DNA of 63,496 nucleotides, filler included, from Octopus bimaculoides (lineage: Eukaryota): NCBI RefSeq assembly GCF_001194135.2. It is 5 parts of 4 records of this genome, joined end to end, with 100 filler letters (N's around TTAATTAATTAA, not from the genome) between each part and the next. Parts side by side here need not be neighbours in the genome. Positions count along the whole stretch, not along the records: positions 33,489 to 48,882 come from NC_068994.1; positions 48,983 to 59,834 come from NC_068994.1; 3 more parts are not named here. One strand, written 5' to 3'. This document shows positions 40,933-52,724 of the stretch, one piece after another. The number at the start of each line of letters is the position of its first letter. The first letter of the stretch is position 1. A program made the translations under genes and the position numbers. A model generated the notes under the pieces. That model was not told the origin of the DNA. It worked only from the letters and a program-made list of their open reading frames with translations, and did no database searches.

Positions 40933-42354
40933 NNNNNNNNNNNNNNNNNNNNNNNNNNNNNNNNNNNNNNNNNNNNNNNNNNNNNNNNNNNNNNNNNNNN
41001 NNNNNNNNNNNNNNNNNNNNNNNNNNNNNNNNNNNNNNNNNNNNNNNNNNNNNNNNNNNNNNNNNNNNNNNNNNNNNNNNNNNNNNNNNNNNNNNNNNNN
41101 NNNNNNNNNNNNNNNNNNNNNNNNNNNNNNNNNNNNNNNNNNNNNNNNNNNNNNNNNNNNNNNNNNNNNNNNNNNNNNNNNNNNNNNNNNNNNNNNNNNN
41201 NNNNNNNNNNNNNNNNNNNNNNNNNNNNNNNNNNNNNNNNNNNNNNNNNNNNNNNNNNNNNNNNNNNNNNNNNNNNNNNNNNNNAGGGATAAACAATATA
41301 AACTGGTGTGAAACTGGTGAAAAGTAACGACCATTTATTGTTCGTGTTGTTATTGTTGTTGCCATTTAAGCAGAGATTAGCCCTGATCAATCTAAACCTA
41401 CGACCAAAAGCATTTCAATTAGTATTATTCTGGTGAGTGGGGGGGGGGCAATTCAACGTGTGTCCTTCCTGTTCAAAAGATGGCAAGTATGATTCGAGGA
41501 AGCTGTGTTGCTGCTGCTGCGGTTGTTGTTTAATCTCAACTGACCTATGACCAACAACATTCCAACAGTGACCATCCCATCTTTTAATCAAAAACTAATG
41601 TTTCTCGCTTTTTGTTGATGTTTAGCACCCGGTCAGCCCCTGATCAGGCAGATCGATAATCAAGAGTGTTCCAATGGTGACCATCTAAACTTTTTGTTTC
41701 CAGGCATGATGCATCTAGAACTATATTATCTTAAATGTCTTTCCCACGGAGCCATTACAAACTGTGGTACCTATTACAGCTAGGTGGACTGGGCTGTTGA
41801 AAGTTAAATGTAAATTGCTAGTGACACAATAAAACCCCAACAACAGGATGTAAAATTTTAATCTAATTAGCTGGCTGCTTGGTAGAGAGAATTTACTATG
41901 CCAAGTATGGCTCTGGCCATACTGGAGTACTGCTAAACAGTAAATAAAGAAAATTCTGGGAGGCAGGGTGGAGCTTAGTTAGATAGAATCAGTATTAGAT
42001 GCCAAGATATACTGTGTTGACCAACCTAGTGGAGTTGTCAAAGATAGGAATCTTGTGGCGGTGGCAACAATACTGACAGCGATGACTGCTGCTGTGATGA
42101 CAATGACAGCAACAACAACAACAATTATGTTAATGAGAAGAACAATTGGCAACAGTGTCGGGGTAACTTCTGAGAAATTCTGTCATTCTAAATAACATTT
42201 TTGAAAAACATAAAATCTGTAATTACATGGAAGAAAGGAAGTAAACCACTTTGAATAATCAGAGAGGTCAGGTGACATTTCAACATCTTTCAGTCTATAA
42301 TCATAGGGTCAGGGCTAGGGGGAGAAATTTCTCTCCCCCCAGTTTATCTTTTAT

Positions 42355-42639
42355 CTTTTACTTGTTTCAGTCATTACACTGTGGCCATGCTGGGGCACTG
42401 CCTTGATGAATCTTTTTAAGGAATGAATTGACCCCAGTGTTAATAATTTTTTTTTTCTAAGCTTGGTACTTATTTTATCAGTCTCTTTTGCTGAACCACT
42501 AAGTTACAGGGACGTAAACACACCAATACCACATATCAAGCAATGGTGAGAACAAACACAAAGACACACCCACATACATATATATATACATGGTGGGCTT
42601 CTTTCAGTTTCCTTCTACCAAATCCACTCACAAGGCTTT
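42355..42639 (-). mobile_element. SINE family A copy, truncated at the R4-like fragment
   Basis: Reverse complement of the family A tail up to ccactcacaaggcttt; CpGs mutated. Confidence 0.8.
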
Positions 42640-43103
42640 ACGGATAGCATGGTCCTTGTACTGGTCAAAATATGCAATGTGCTCACAAATGCAAGTGGTC
42701 TGTTGATATGAACCAAAAGGTCATCCAGTGCCATGAACAAGCCCTGCTAGACAAGAACAATGGCAAATGTAAAGCTGTTGGAAAAAGACAATTTATTGAG
42801 ATTACTAAGATGTGGCAGCTACGAGAGTCGAATATAAAGGTTATCCCTACTGTCATCAGAGCATTGGGTTCAATACCACCCAATCTGAAAAAAAGACATC
42901 TGGAAACCTTAGAAATACCCTACAATCTAGGTGTATTGCAAAAGTCGACATTACTTGGAACTGCACGAATATTGCATAAAGTAGTGTCAGTCTGAGGTCC
43001 TTGTTGTGACTAGACAAGCAATACAAACCTCCGGTAGGCACAATATTTTTAATCAATAACCTCACAATATTGTATACTGTGCAACGTCTATAATAATAAT
43101 AAT
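42640..43103 (+). mobile_element. 5'-truncated R4/Dong-like retrotransposon 3' end (restriction-like endonuclease C-terminus, 3' UTR, (TAA)n tail)
   Basis: EITKMWQLRESNIKVIPTVIRALGSIPPNLKKRHLETLEIPYNLGVLQKSTLLGTARILHKVVSV* matches the RLE C-terminal pattern EI..MW...V.P.VIGALG...LQK..LLGTARIL; TAA repeats at about 43091-43103. Confidence 0.85.
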
Positions 43104-43936
43104 ACTTGTGAGTAGCACCTATGGTTTTGACCTTATGCATGAACATGCTCACATATATACACACACCCACTTATACGCTACCAAGTAGTCATTTCTTGTT
43201 TTCACCCCTCCTCCTCTGTCTGGTCTTTGAGTATAATATCAGCTTAAACAGTTGTCATTGTTTGTTTTCTCAATGACTCTTTCAATAGATCAAATCCAAC
43301 TCAACAGAGCAACTGGAGCAGAAATATGTCACAAAGGGATCTCAAAGCCAGCTGCTTTCAATGCAATGTTTTTGATTTTGTAGCAGGTCAAATGACACGT
43401 TTATCCAGTTACTAAAGTTGTAAATTTAGAAAAAGCTCACAAAGCACACACATACACACATACACACACACAATGAAATGTGTAGGACTTGATAGATATA
43501 CATAAATCATATAAATACAGGAAAATTTTTAATAGCCACTCAATAAAAAATACCATATAACTTCTACAAATTTTTAGCAGATGTAGACACATGGAGATGC
43601 TTCTTTTATTGAATTGAAGGGCACACACATTCTGGATTGCGTCTTGTAGACTGTTTTGTGTTCTAAACCTGTTGTATTTTTTGAGCTCTCTACAATCGGG
43701 TGGTGGGGAAGGATCATAATTCTTGATTTCATTTCTTTTTTCTCAAACCATTTTTTGCACCAACTTTCTTCATGTTTTTTCCATGTTTTTCTTATTTTCT
43801 TACTGACCAACATCTTTGATTTTTAAAAAATTATATACAATGCATAAACATAGCCTGAAAAGTTACTCTATGTCTGTTCAAGTATCATAACAGCATGAAA
43901 CTATTAGTAGCTCTTTCAGTCGTATATTTAATTTGA

Positions 43937-43982
<46 letters not shown>

Positions 43983-44008
43983 NNNNNNNNNNAGATATAG
44001 ATATATAT

Positions 44009-44056
<48 letters not shown>

Positions 44057-44089
44057 TTTAAGTTTGTATACAGGAAACATTTTGAATCA

Positions 44090-44240
44090 TCATCATCATC
44101 ATCATCATCGTTTAACATCCTCCTTCCATGCTGGCATGGGTTGGACGGTTTGACAGGGGCTGGCCAGGCAGGAGCCTGCACCAGACTTCTGTGTCTGTTT
44201 TGGCATGGTTTTTACAGCTGGATGCCCTTCCTAAGCCCCT
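44090..44240 (+). mobile_element. Family C repeat
   Basis: (CAT)n followed by gtttaacatcc...ccatgctggcatgggttggacgg...ggatgcccttcctaa. Confidence 0.8.
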
Positions 44241-46784
44241 ATTTTTTATGCCAGCCTAGTGATATCTACTGGCAATACTACTTTTTGGGGTGGGGGTCAT
44301 ACGAAGATGTACCAATATATAGCATATAGCACATGAAAATAGTGGTTGTTATTTTGTTTAATTGCTTAAACGTTCTCCCCTTGGTCTATTATATGCTGGA
44401 GGTGGTCAGTGTTTGAAACAGAAAAATACTGACTGCCTTTAGCACATAACAGAATGAGGGAAGAGCATAAACTATCAACCAAAATAACAACCATGCCATT
44501 TCCCATGCCATTATACCATTATACCATCAAAATGATGAAAAGGACATTTAAGAAAATATTATTTATTAACTCAGACAATGAACTTCAACAATTGATGACT
44601 TGCTGACCGGACGGACGGACCACTTCTGAATTAATTGAGAAGACATCTATTGTGACGGAGATGAAACCAAAGGACTCTTCTGCCCATCCTGACATCTGCA
44701 TACTCAAGTATCAAAACAAATCCAACATCACCACACACACCTCCATCTCCTTATAACTACCATTCTTTCCTCCATTTCCATCACATTCTACTCCTCCCCT
44801 CCCCACCTCAGTTCAAGGGTCTTGTCCTGAGAGTTACTTGGACACCAGCTGTAAAAACTCTTTCAGGCCTTGTGCCTATAGTAGAAAGGATTATCATTGT
44901 CGTCATCAGCGTTGCTGTCATCATTGTCATCGTCATCATTGTCGTCATCGACAGTGGTGGTGATGACGACACTGATGATATGTAACTCTATATAATAATG
45001 TTATTGATTTATGTACAAAAGAATACAAATAATAACAACATCTGGAGTTAGTATGAAATAATTAAAGCTAAGAGTTAATTGAGTTGGAAAAAATATATTG
45101 GTTTTAAAATTAAAAAAAAAAAATAATAAACATTGTCAGGTAGCAATAAAGGTGGCACTCACGTGTTACTTCAGGAAGGTGTCACTTTTTCTGATGCCAT
45201 GCTTCCTACAGGAATATATATCTCTCACCATCACTCATTACGACCACCTCTACTTCTTCTCCAACCATCTCTGCTCACACTCTTATGAAACTGCCCCCCC
45301 CCCACCTCTATTCCCTGCCCCTGCTCACTCACCCTCTCCAATCCTCTGTGACACTTCACTTATTTCCACCCTCCACTCTTCCTCAAGAGTACATTCCAAC
45401 ACATCACCACCATCATCAGTGTCTTCTACTATAGGCTCAGACTGACCAAAGCCTTGTGAGTGGATTTGGTAAATGGAAACTGAAAGAAGCCTGTCCATGT
45501 GAGCGAAACTGAGCTCTAGAAGCACTGTGTGTCCCAAGCACACTTAACAAGAAAAGCTCTCTCACACTCAACCACAACAAACGAAACCACAACAAACCAA
45601 ACCACAACAAACCAAACCACATCACTTCTCTTGGTCCTGTATCATTGCTATCCGCTAGCTTCTGACCTGCGTGTTCCACCCACACCCACGCCCTGTCTCA
45701 CCATATCGTGGCATATGCCCAGCACTTTGCTACCATCTCTATTCTACTGTCTCCCCCCTCTCTCTCTCTCCTTCTCTTGCACTTCCCACATACACACACA
45801 ACCTTCTGGCATTGTACTGAAAATTCCAGAATTCTCTTATCTTTCATCACCTTAATTTTTTTCACCCAAAATTCCCACATTCCAGAAATTCCCCCCCCCC
45901 CCGACAATGGTATTTTATTCTGTGTCATGAGACACCACCTAAACATTTCAGTTAGTTCATTGCTCATTTATAGGTGGACATCATTGTTTTTTTATAGTGT
46001 AAGCTATCACGTGTGATATGTAACAGAACAATGAATGAATTTTTAACAGGTAAAAAGAGGCAAGAGTCGACTTTCATAAAATATACACCAAACAAAATCA
46101 GTTCAGAATTCAATCTGGAATGATCAAAGAAATGGAATTTATTTCCAGATCTGTTGCAATAAAGCTTTCGTTTCTGACAGCTAAGACATGGATATGGTTG
46201 TGTGGTTAAGAAATTTGCTTCCACTGCACAGCAACTAGGGGAAGCAGTGGCAGATGCCAGAGCGTTGCCTAAGCAACACCCTTTTTAGCCGAGCTGACAC
46301 CTAAAAAATTGGAACCAAGGATTTTTGGGCAACAGTCAAGGAAAAGGAAGTCAACGTTTACTTGAATAATTTTTTCAAATCTTTTGGGCAACACACATAT
46401 ATATATACACCTGTTGTATGGAATATGCATACAGCTACATGTCCCTTAGGACTGAAGGAGAATGCGCCAAGATCAGGTTTAATATTTCTGATACAGGTGA
46501 GAACAAAGGAGGAAGTTGTGATCACACAAGAAACCCAACCTGAATATTTGTGACAATATATGTTTTACTTAATGTCAGCCGAACACTGGATGGATTATGT
46601 TCAGCTACCATGGGGAGACGAAAATATTGAAGTTTCAAGAAAAACCATTCTTTGAAAAGAGGGGAAAATTGTTTTTAAATGTTTTGTGGTAGCACCAAGA
46701 AGTCTGCTACGATTCTAGATGAAAGTTAGAAGATCCTAATTGGTCAATGTATTTATTAGCATTCTAACTTCTCTTTTCTTTCAG

Positions 46785-46926
46785 GAAGAAGGTTACCAGT
46801 TATGGATAGATGTTGACTGTATGGGGCCTTCGAATTTACAAGCCATGGCTAGTGGTATAGAAAACGCTGCTGTTGTCTTAATTTGCATGTCTGAGAAATA
46901 CAAACAAAGCCCTAGCTGTCGTACAG
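46785..46926 (+). CDS. ARM-TIR protein exon (TIR betaB, BB loop, betaC, start of alphaC)
   Basis: Acceptor ctcttttctttcag, donor CAG|gtgaga; 142 nt, phase 0 to 1; EEGYQLWIDVDCMGPSNLQAMASGIENAAVVLICMSEKYKQSPSCRT. Confidence 0.93.
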
Positions 46927-47009
46927 GTGAGAAGCGAAACTCATAGAATATAAAATATACTATAACTGACAGGAAAATTACAGAACACACCATAATCATC
47001 ATAATCATC

Positions 47010-47300
47010 ATCATGATTAAATGTTTGTTTTCCATGCTGGTATGGGTTGGATGTTCTGACAGGAGCTGGCAAGGCCAGGAGCCACACCAGGTTCCAGTTG
47101 TCTGTTCTGGCATGGTTTCTACAGCTGGAGGCCCTTCCTAATGCCAACCACTTTACAGAGAGTGTTGGGTGCTTTTTATGTGGCACCAGCACCAATGCTT
47201 TACGTGTGACACCAATGGGGATGCTGTATCTGTGACACTAGCTTGATTGCTTTTTACGTGGCACCAGCACACCATATGGTCATCATTATCATCAGCATCA
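47010..47300 (+). mobile_element. Family C repeat
   Basis: ccatgctggtatgggttggatg...cccttcctaatgccaaccactttacagagagtg...gtggcaccagcac. Confidence 0.8.
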
Positions 47301-47569
47301 TCATCATCATCATCATATATATTTTAGTGGTTTCAATTAATTGTGTGCAGCAATGCTGAGGTACGACCTGCAAGGGTAGACAGAAACTGTACTGAAGCCC
47401 AACAGGTCGGTTGTATCTGTAATTCAAAAGGTACGACCTTCTCACATATGTAAGTTTTGCTGATTCTGGCTAAGAATTAAGTTGCAGAAATATGAAGGGT
47501 GGGGTTAGACAATGATATCAACTAAGCCTGCCCCTAAAATCTCCAAGCTTTCTGCCTAAATTGCTTTTG

Positions 47570-47760
47570 AATTTAGGCACAAGGCCAGCAATTTCAGGGG
47601 ACATGCTAAGTCAGTTATATCCACCCCAACTGGTTCAACTAGTACTTTTCTCAACTCCAAAAGGACGGAAGACACAGTTGGCCCCAGGAGTACTTGAATT
47701 CAGGATGTAAAGACAGGTGAAATTCCACTGAACTATTCTGTCAGCTCACCACCTGGCCTT
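47570..47760 (-). mobile_element. Degenerate SINE family B copy
   Basis: ggcacaaggccagcaatttc...gacaggtgaaat...tgtcagctc; CpGs largely lost. Confidence 0.65.
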
Positions 47761-48165
47761 ATGTATCAAATTAAAAAGCCACATTAATCCTTCAGCATTT
47801 AAACCTGCCATATCCGGCCCAAATATTCTAGCCATTTTATATCCAAACTGGCCAAATCCGGTTTCTCACACCTACCCTACAATGTCATTCTAAAAATAAC
47901 CACTCACCTCATCAAAATCTCAAAGCTATGAGATAATGCAGGATTAATTGAAACAATGTGGATTAATAAGCATTACATGCGGTAGAATACTCTGAATGCT
48001 AAAGGATTTAGTGATTATCACAGACAGTGTCAACTTCTTGACAAAATCATAAGAAAAATCTTATGGTTTTTTTCTCATTTTTCTTTGTTAAAGATTTTTA
48101 CTTCATTACTTTTCTGCAACATTTAAAGAAATTAATTGCTTTTCTTTTTCTTTAAATTATTTCAG

Positions 48166-48377
48166 AAGCTGAATACACATTTCGATTACGTAAAGACTAC
48201 ATTCCAATGATGATGCAGAAAAAATACAATCCAGATGGTTGGCTTGGTACCATGCTTGGAGCAAAATTGTTCTTTGATTTTAGTGGGAAGTACCCTTTTG
48301 AGAAGAGTTTTGGTGGACTTATAAAAGAACTTCGTGGACGTGGACAATATTCACCTGGTGATGCTCAAGGTTTGTGA
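48166..48377 (+). CDS. ARM-TIR protein exon (TIR alphaC to alphaE); ends at TGA 48375-77 or splices at 48369/48370
   Basis: Acceptor ttctttttctttaaattatttcag; phase 1 start completes GAA; (E)AEYTFRLRKDYIPMMMQKKYNPDGWLGTMLGAKLFFDFSGKYPFEKSFGGLIKELRGRGQYSPGDAQ(GL*), with the DGWLG motif of invertebrate TIR_2 proteins. Confidence 0.93.
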
Positions 48378-48882
48378 AGAAATATCATTGTTGACCCAAA
48401 CTTTAGAATGTATTGTATCTGCTGCATCAGTATATATGATGTCTTTAGAAAAATCTGCTATAGTATTCTTCCATTTAATGCATCCATTTTGGTTACCATC
48501 TTTCTATTGAAATACACTGCTTTTTATCATCATCATCTTCGATTGATGTCCGTTTTCCATTATATATATATATATATATATAGATATGCAGGGCAGGGAA
48601 TCGTCAATTAGTAATAAAATTAATAATCAACAATTTTGCCGGGTAGCTCAGTATGAAAAAACCTTCTTCGGTAAAAATTTATAATCATAAATATATAGGG
48701 ATTGACAGTAACCTGCTTCTCCAACATACTGAGAATTTCGAAATAGCAGTCAAAGAACTACTGATTTCAAAACTACAAATTATTACTCCAGATTGATAGC
48801 GATATCTTTGATACACACAGAACAAAAAACAGTAGAGAAGAGTAAAAAACACTTGCCTTTAGTTAATTTAGTACAATTGTTT

Positions 48883-48982
48883 NNNNNNNNNNNNNNNNNN
48901 NNNNNNNNNNNNNNNNNNNNNNNNNNTTAATTAATTAANNNNNNNNNNNNNNNNNNNNNNNNNNNNNNNNNNNNNNNNNNNN
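48883..48982. other. Artificial scaffold join
   Basis: 44 N + TTAATTAATTAA (48927-48938) + 44 N. Confidence 0.95.
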
Positions 48983-49019
<37 letters not shown>

Positions 49020-49200
49020 TTAATACGTTCCCTTCGCAACCACACCGTTTTGGCTTCAGTCCAACCCTCTGGCACATTGATGACTTATAGAAATCATGTG
49101 GATGTCTAAGGTTTCAGGAAGTAACCAGTTTTCTCAAAAATTCTACCAGGAATAAGACCAATCCTGAGAAAAGAATATAATAATAATAATAATAATACTC

Positions 49201-49313
<113 letters not shown>

Positions 49314-49314
49314 T

Positions 49315-49374
<60 letters not shown>

Positions 49375-51112
49375 GCCCTGATGCAGTACCAGGCAGTGGC
49401 TTTCATGGCTTCTCATCTTAACTGATTAGAAGTGGTATCATTTATATTGTTTGTCTTGGCATAAAAGGTGGGCTACAGCAAATATTCTGTTGAATACCAC
49501 CCATTTTTGATCAGTATGTACTTTTTCTTATTTCAAGTTTTCTTATTTTCTTTTAAAAATTCATTTTATGTTCACATGCCTTATATTGTATCCACTGTTT
49601 TGCGTCATTGTGTAATAGCACCTGTTGATAATAAAGAAATGTTTTGGCACCATAATTAAAATGTCAACCAAAAAGTATTATTTTTTGCGAACATTCAGAT
49701 GATGTCCCGCCGAGGTCAACTTTGCCTCTTAACCTTGCGGAGTTAATAAATAAAGTACCAGTCAAGTATAGTTATTGCTGGAACAGACAAATCCACATCT
49801 CAAAATTCTCTTGTCTTCTACTTCAAACAGAATTAATCATATGAGGTTGCCATTTGTGAAAATCCTCAATGCTTCGAACAAAATACCTGCGTATTTCTTC
49901 CGACTAGTTACGTTATGAATTTCTTATTCGTCTGAAGCTACTTTGGCTTTTTCATCTCCTCAGAGTCTATAGGAAAATATAGTTCAAATTTACAGAAAAC
50001 AAGAGACGATGACAGGTGAAGGAACAACCAGCAAGATGGACACTCGGGTAGAATAGCCCTGTTTAAAGGACTAAGAATTTTAGGCCTCCAACCAGGCCTT
50101 TCGGAATAACCTTAAAACCAGGACCCCACTACCGTTTGTGTCTTTAAAATAATTTCTCTATGATAAGCGTGTACCGTTCTACGTTTGTATGTATACTATA
50201 AATGTTATACACTTCGTTCCTTAAATGTAATATTTCAGTTGGTTGTATTTTTTAGACCATATCACTTTTTAATACCAGTTCAGTCTAAATAACAATTCCA
50301 ATGGTTGTTTCTTCGAATCAAATATTTTTCTTTTTTTAATTTTCCATTCATTTGTACTAATCTGCAACTATAACATTAGATAACATTCAGTTACATTACC
50401 CAGAATTCATTCAACCTGTTAGTGTAATCCAGGTTTCATTATATATTTTGCTATTTTATCTTCTCTGACTATATCCGGTTTACTACCGACTTACCTAGAG
50501 AAACTGTATTGGCCCTAATATCGTTAACTTTATAAAATTGGGATGCATTTTCTTTATCTGCATCGACATAAAACACCATTGGAATATGTCAGCCTTTACA
50601 TTCCGATATCCTATAATATCTTCTTTTGCATTATATATGTTTTTCGTGCACAAACTAAATCTAATTATTGTTTCTATAGATATACATCTGTCACGTATAA
50701 TCTTGTATATTTCTGTCAGTTTTGGTGTTTTTTATTTGTTTTTGTTTTTTTTTTTCAGAAATATTTTCGTTATCATTTGTGCTTGGTCAGCCATGGCCAG
50801 AATTTTCCATTCATATCCAGTCTTTTTCTTCTGACTGTCCAGTGTCTGTTCTTTGTGCATGGCAAACTGTTTACGCCATACACAGACAGCTGTCAATGAC
50901 TATTCTACAATATTTCCTCCTGTTTGAAGCAAATTCATTCTTCCATATTTCAGACAAGTCTCACGTCCATCTCTCATCCCTATGTTCTCTATGACGGAAG
51001 CACCACTCAAACAGCACAGTTTTTTTTATACTTTGTGGTTTCATGAATATGTCCGATGTTGTTAACGTCAGGAACGTCGTAACACTACGGTATACAAACT
51101 TATATAAACATA

Positions 51113-51285
51113 CATTCTCTTTTACTTGTTTCAGTCATTTCACTGTGGCCATGCTGGAGCACCGCCTTTAGTCGAAAGGATGAAAGGCAAAGTCGACCTC
51201 AGCGGAATTTGAACTTAGGACGTAACGGCAGACGAAATATTGCAAAGTGTTTCGCTAACGTTTCTGCCAGCTCGCCGCCTTAATA
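51113..51285 (-). mobile_element. SINE family A 3' end fused to a SINE family B head
   Basis: tttcagtcatttcactgtggccatgctggagcaccgcc followed by gcaaagtcgacctcagcggaatttgaact...tctgccagctcgcc. Confidence 0.75.
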
Positions 51286-52724
51286 TGCTTTGTTATACTG
51301 GGCACACATGTGAAAGTACTTCACACAGTCACGATTACATACAATTATTTTGTCAATTATTAGAGGGACAAGCTGACAGAATGGCTGTCACACACAAGAA
51401 TTCGAAAGAAGGACTCGAAGTATTAAATTATACCTCTTGGTGAGGTATAATTGAATTCAAATTCCACTTCTGTCGATTTTACCATTCATATATCTTTAGT
51501 GGTTAAAATTACTGCCATCAATGTACTTAAGTCCCATTAATTCAATTCGCCCAGCACTGGGTATAGAACTATGTCACTTTCGGAAATATTAAAGTTAGCA
51601 TTATTACGATCATCACCATTGCATTCACGATCAACCTCATTCATTTAAAAGAGAATATTTTGTAACTTCCACTCAACATCTTTTTTTAACGGCAGTTCCA
51701 TTTTGAAAAATATGAGTTTCATTTTCCTCCTAATTGAAATAAATTCATTTTCTACTTTAATATTCTTTTTTGTTTTGTGTTGACTACGATTTGTAATTAT
51801 TACATTTAATGTTAATTTTAATTCTGTATATGTTTGAAGGAAATGAAGCAAAAAATAATCAATATTTTTCGTCTGCTGTTTTCATTTCGTTCATTAAATC
51901 TATTATTACTTCTGTCAAACCGGTAGAAGAAGAAACGAAACAAATAATTTCTCTATTAATGTTTGATGATGCTATAGCCTACGTAAATCAAGGAACTTGA
52001 TAATATAGCATATCCTATATTAAACGTATGATTTCTTAAATTATTAAATTGGGATTTTATTACTATGTTTGGCAAGATAATCATCGTAGGGCAGAGCAAA
52101 GTTCATTATATTTTCTTTTTAACTATTCCCCTTGTTTCAATCGATTAGCATGAGGAGGATGAGTAGGATCCAAGTCATATTGCAGTGTCTCTAAAACTGG
52201 TGAGAATTCAAACTTCCGATACAGTGAACCACGAATGATTAAAAGCAGTGAAACATATGTGAGATTCCATTTTTTGAGATGGAAAAATTATTGCACATAA
52301 CAAGATCTAAGGGATGGACGCTGCATAAAAGAGATTAGTAGGATCGACTTACAGATGGTCTTCGTAAGATTTCCTTTGATGAGATTATGATCAGAGCCTT
52401 CTACTTTACAACAGCAGAGAATGGCAAAAGAATCCAAACACGTTAATCCGTTCGAAAATATTAAGAAACTAACCGTTAAATACAATTGATTTTTAAAGCA
52501 GGCAACCATTGAATAACACTGTAAGTTGATACTAATTATATGAGATATACAGCAATAATTACATTCTTGTGTAAAAGTTTAAAATAACTGCTTCTTCCAA
52601 TTACTTTTTTTTTTTTTGTTAAATTCCTGTAAGAAAGTTTATAAATTTTCCCCTTCAGACCTTTTTAATTAATCTATTCGAAAAAGGGAAGAATAAAAAA
52701 AAATACGAAAATCATGAGAAATAA

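Noticed and set aside
41371-41432. Open segment between ag and gtgagt (EISPDQSKPTTKSISISIIL)
   Set aside because: Part of a locally repeated ccctgatca/gacctatgacc motif family with a weak acceptor, and not needed for the gene model.
46579-46692. Frame PNTGWIMFSYHGETKILKFQEKPFFEKRGKLFLNVLW* just upstream of the 46785 exon, loosely resembling a TIR betaA-alphaA segment
   Set aside because: No usable phase-0 donor before the stop, and a much better exon (HVFISYS, 36745-36839) already fills this role; probably chance, at most a dead duplicate.
34402-48377. Calling the gene SARM1
   Set aside because: No SAM domains lie between ARM and TIR, and the TIR motifs (SPSCRTEAEY, DGWLG) differ from SARM1's WVHKE motif; no symbol assigned.
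51841-52000. Phase-1 open frame GNEAKNNQYFSS... as a downstream exon of the TIR gene, also 52335-52430
   Set aside because: No recognisable domain, weak or absent donor, AT-rich composition, and located beyond a scaffold join.
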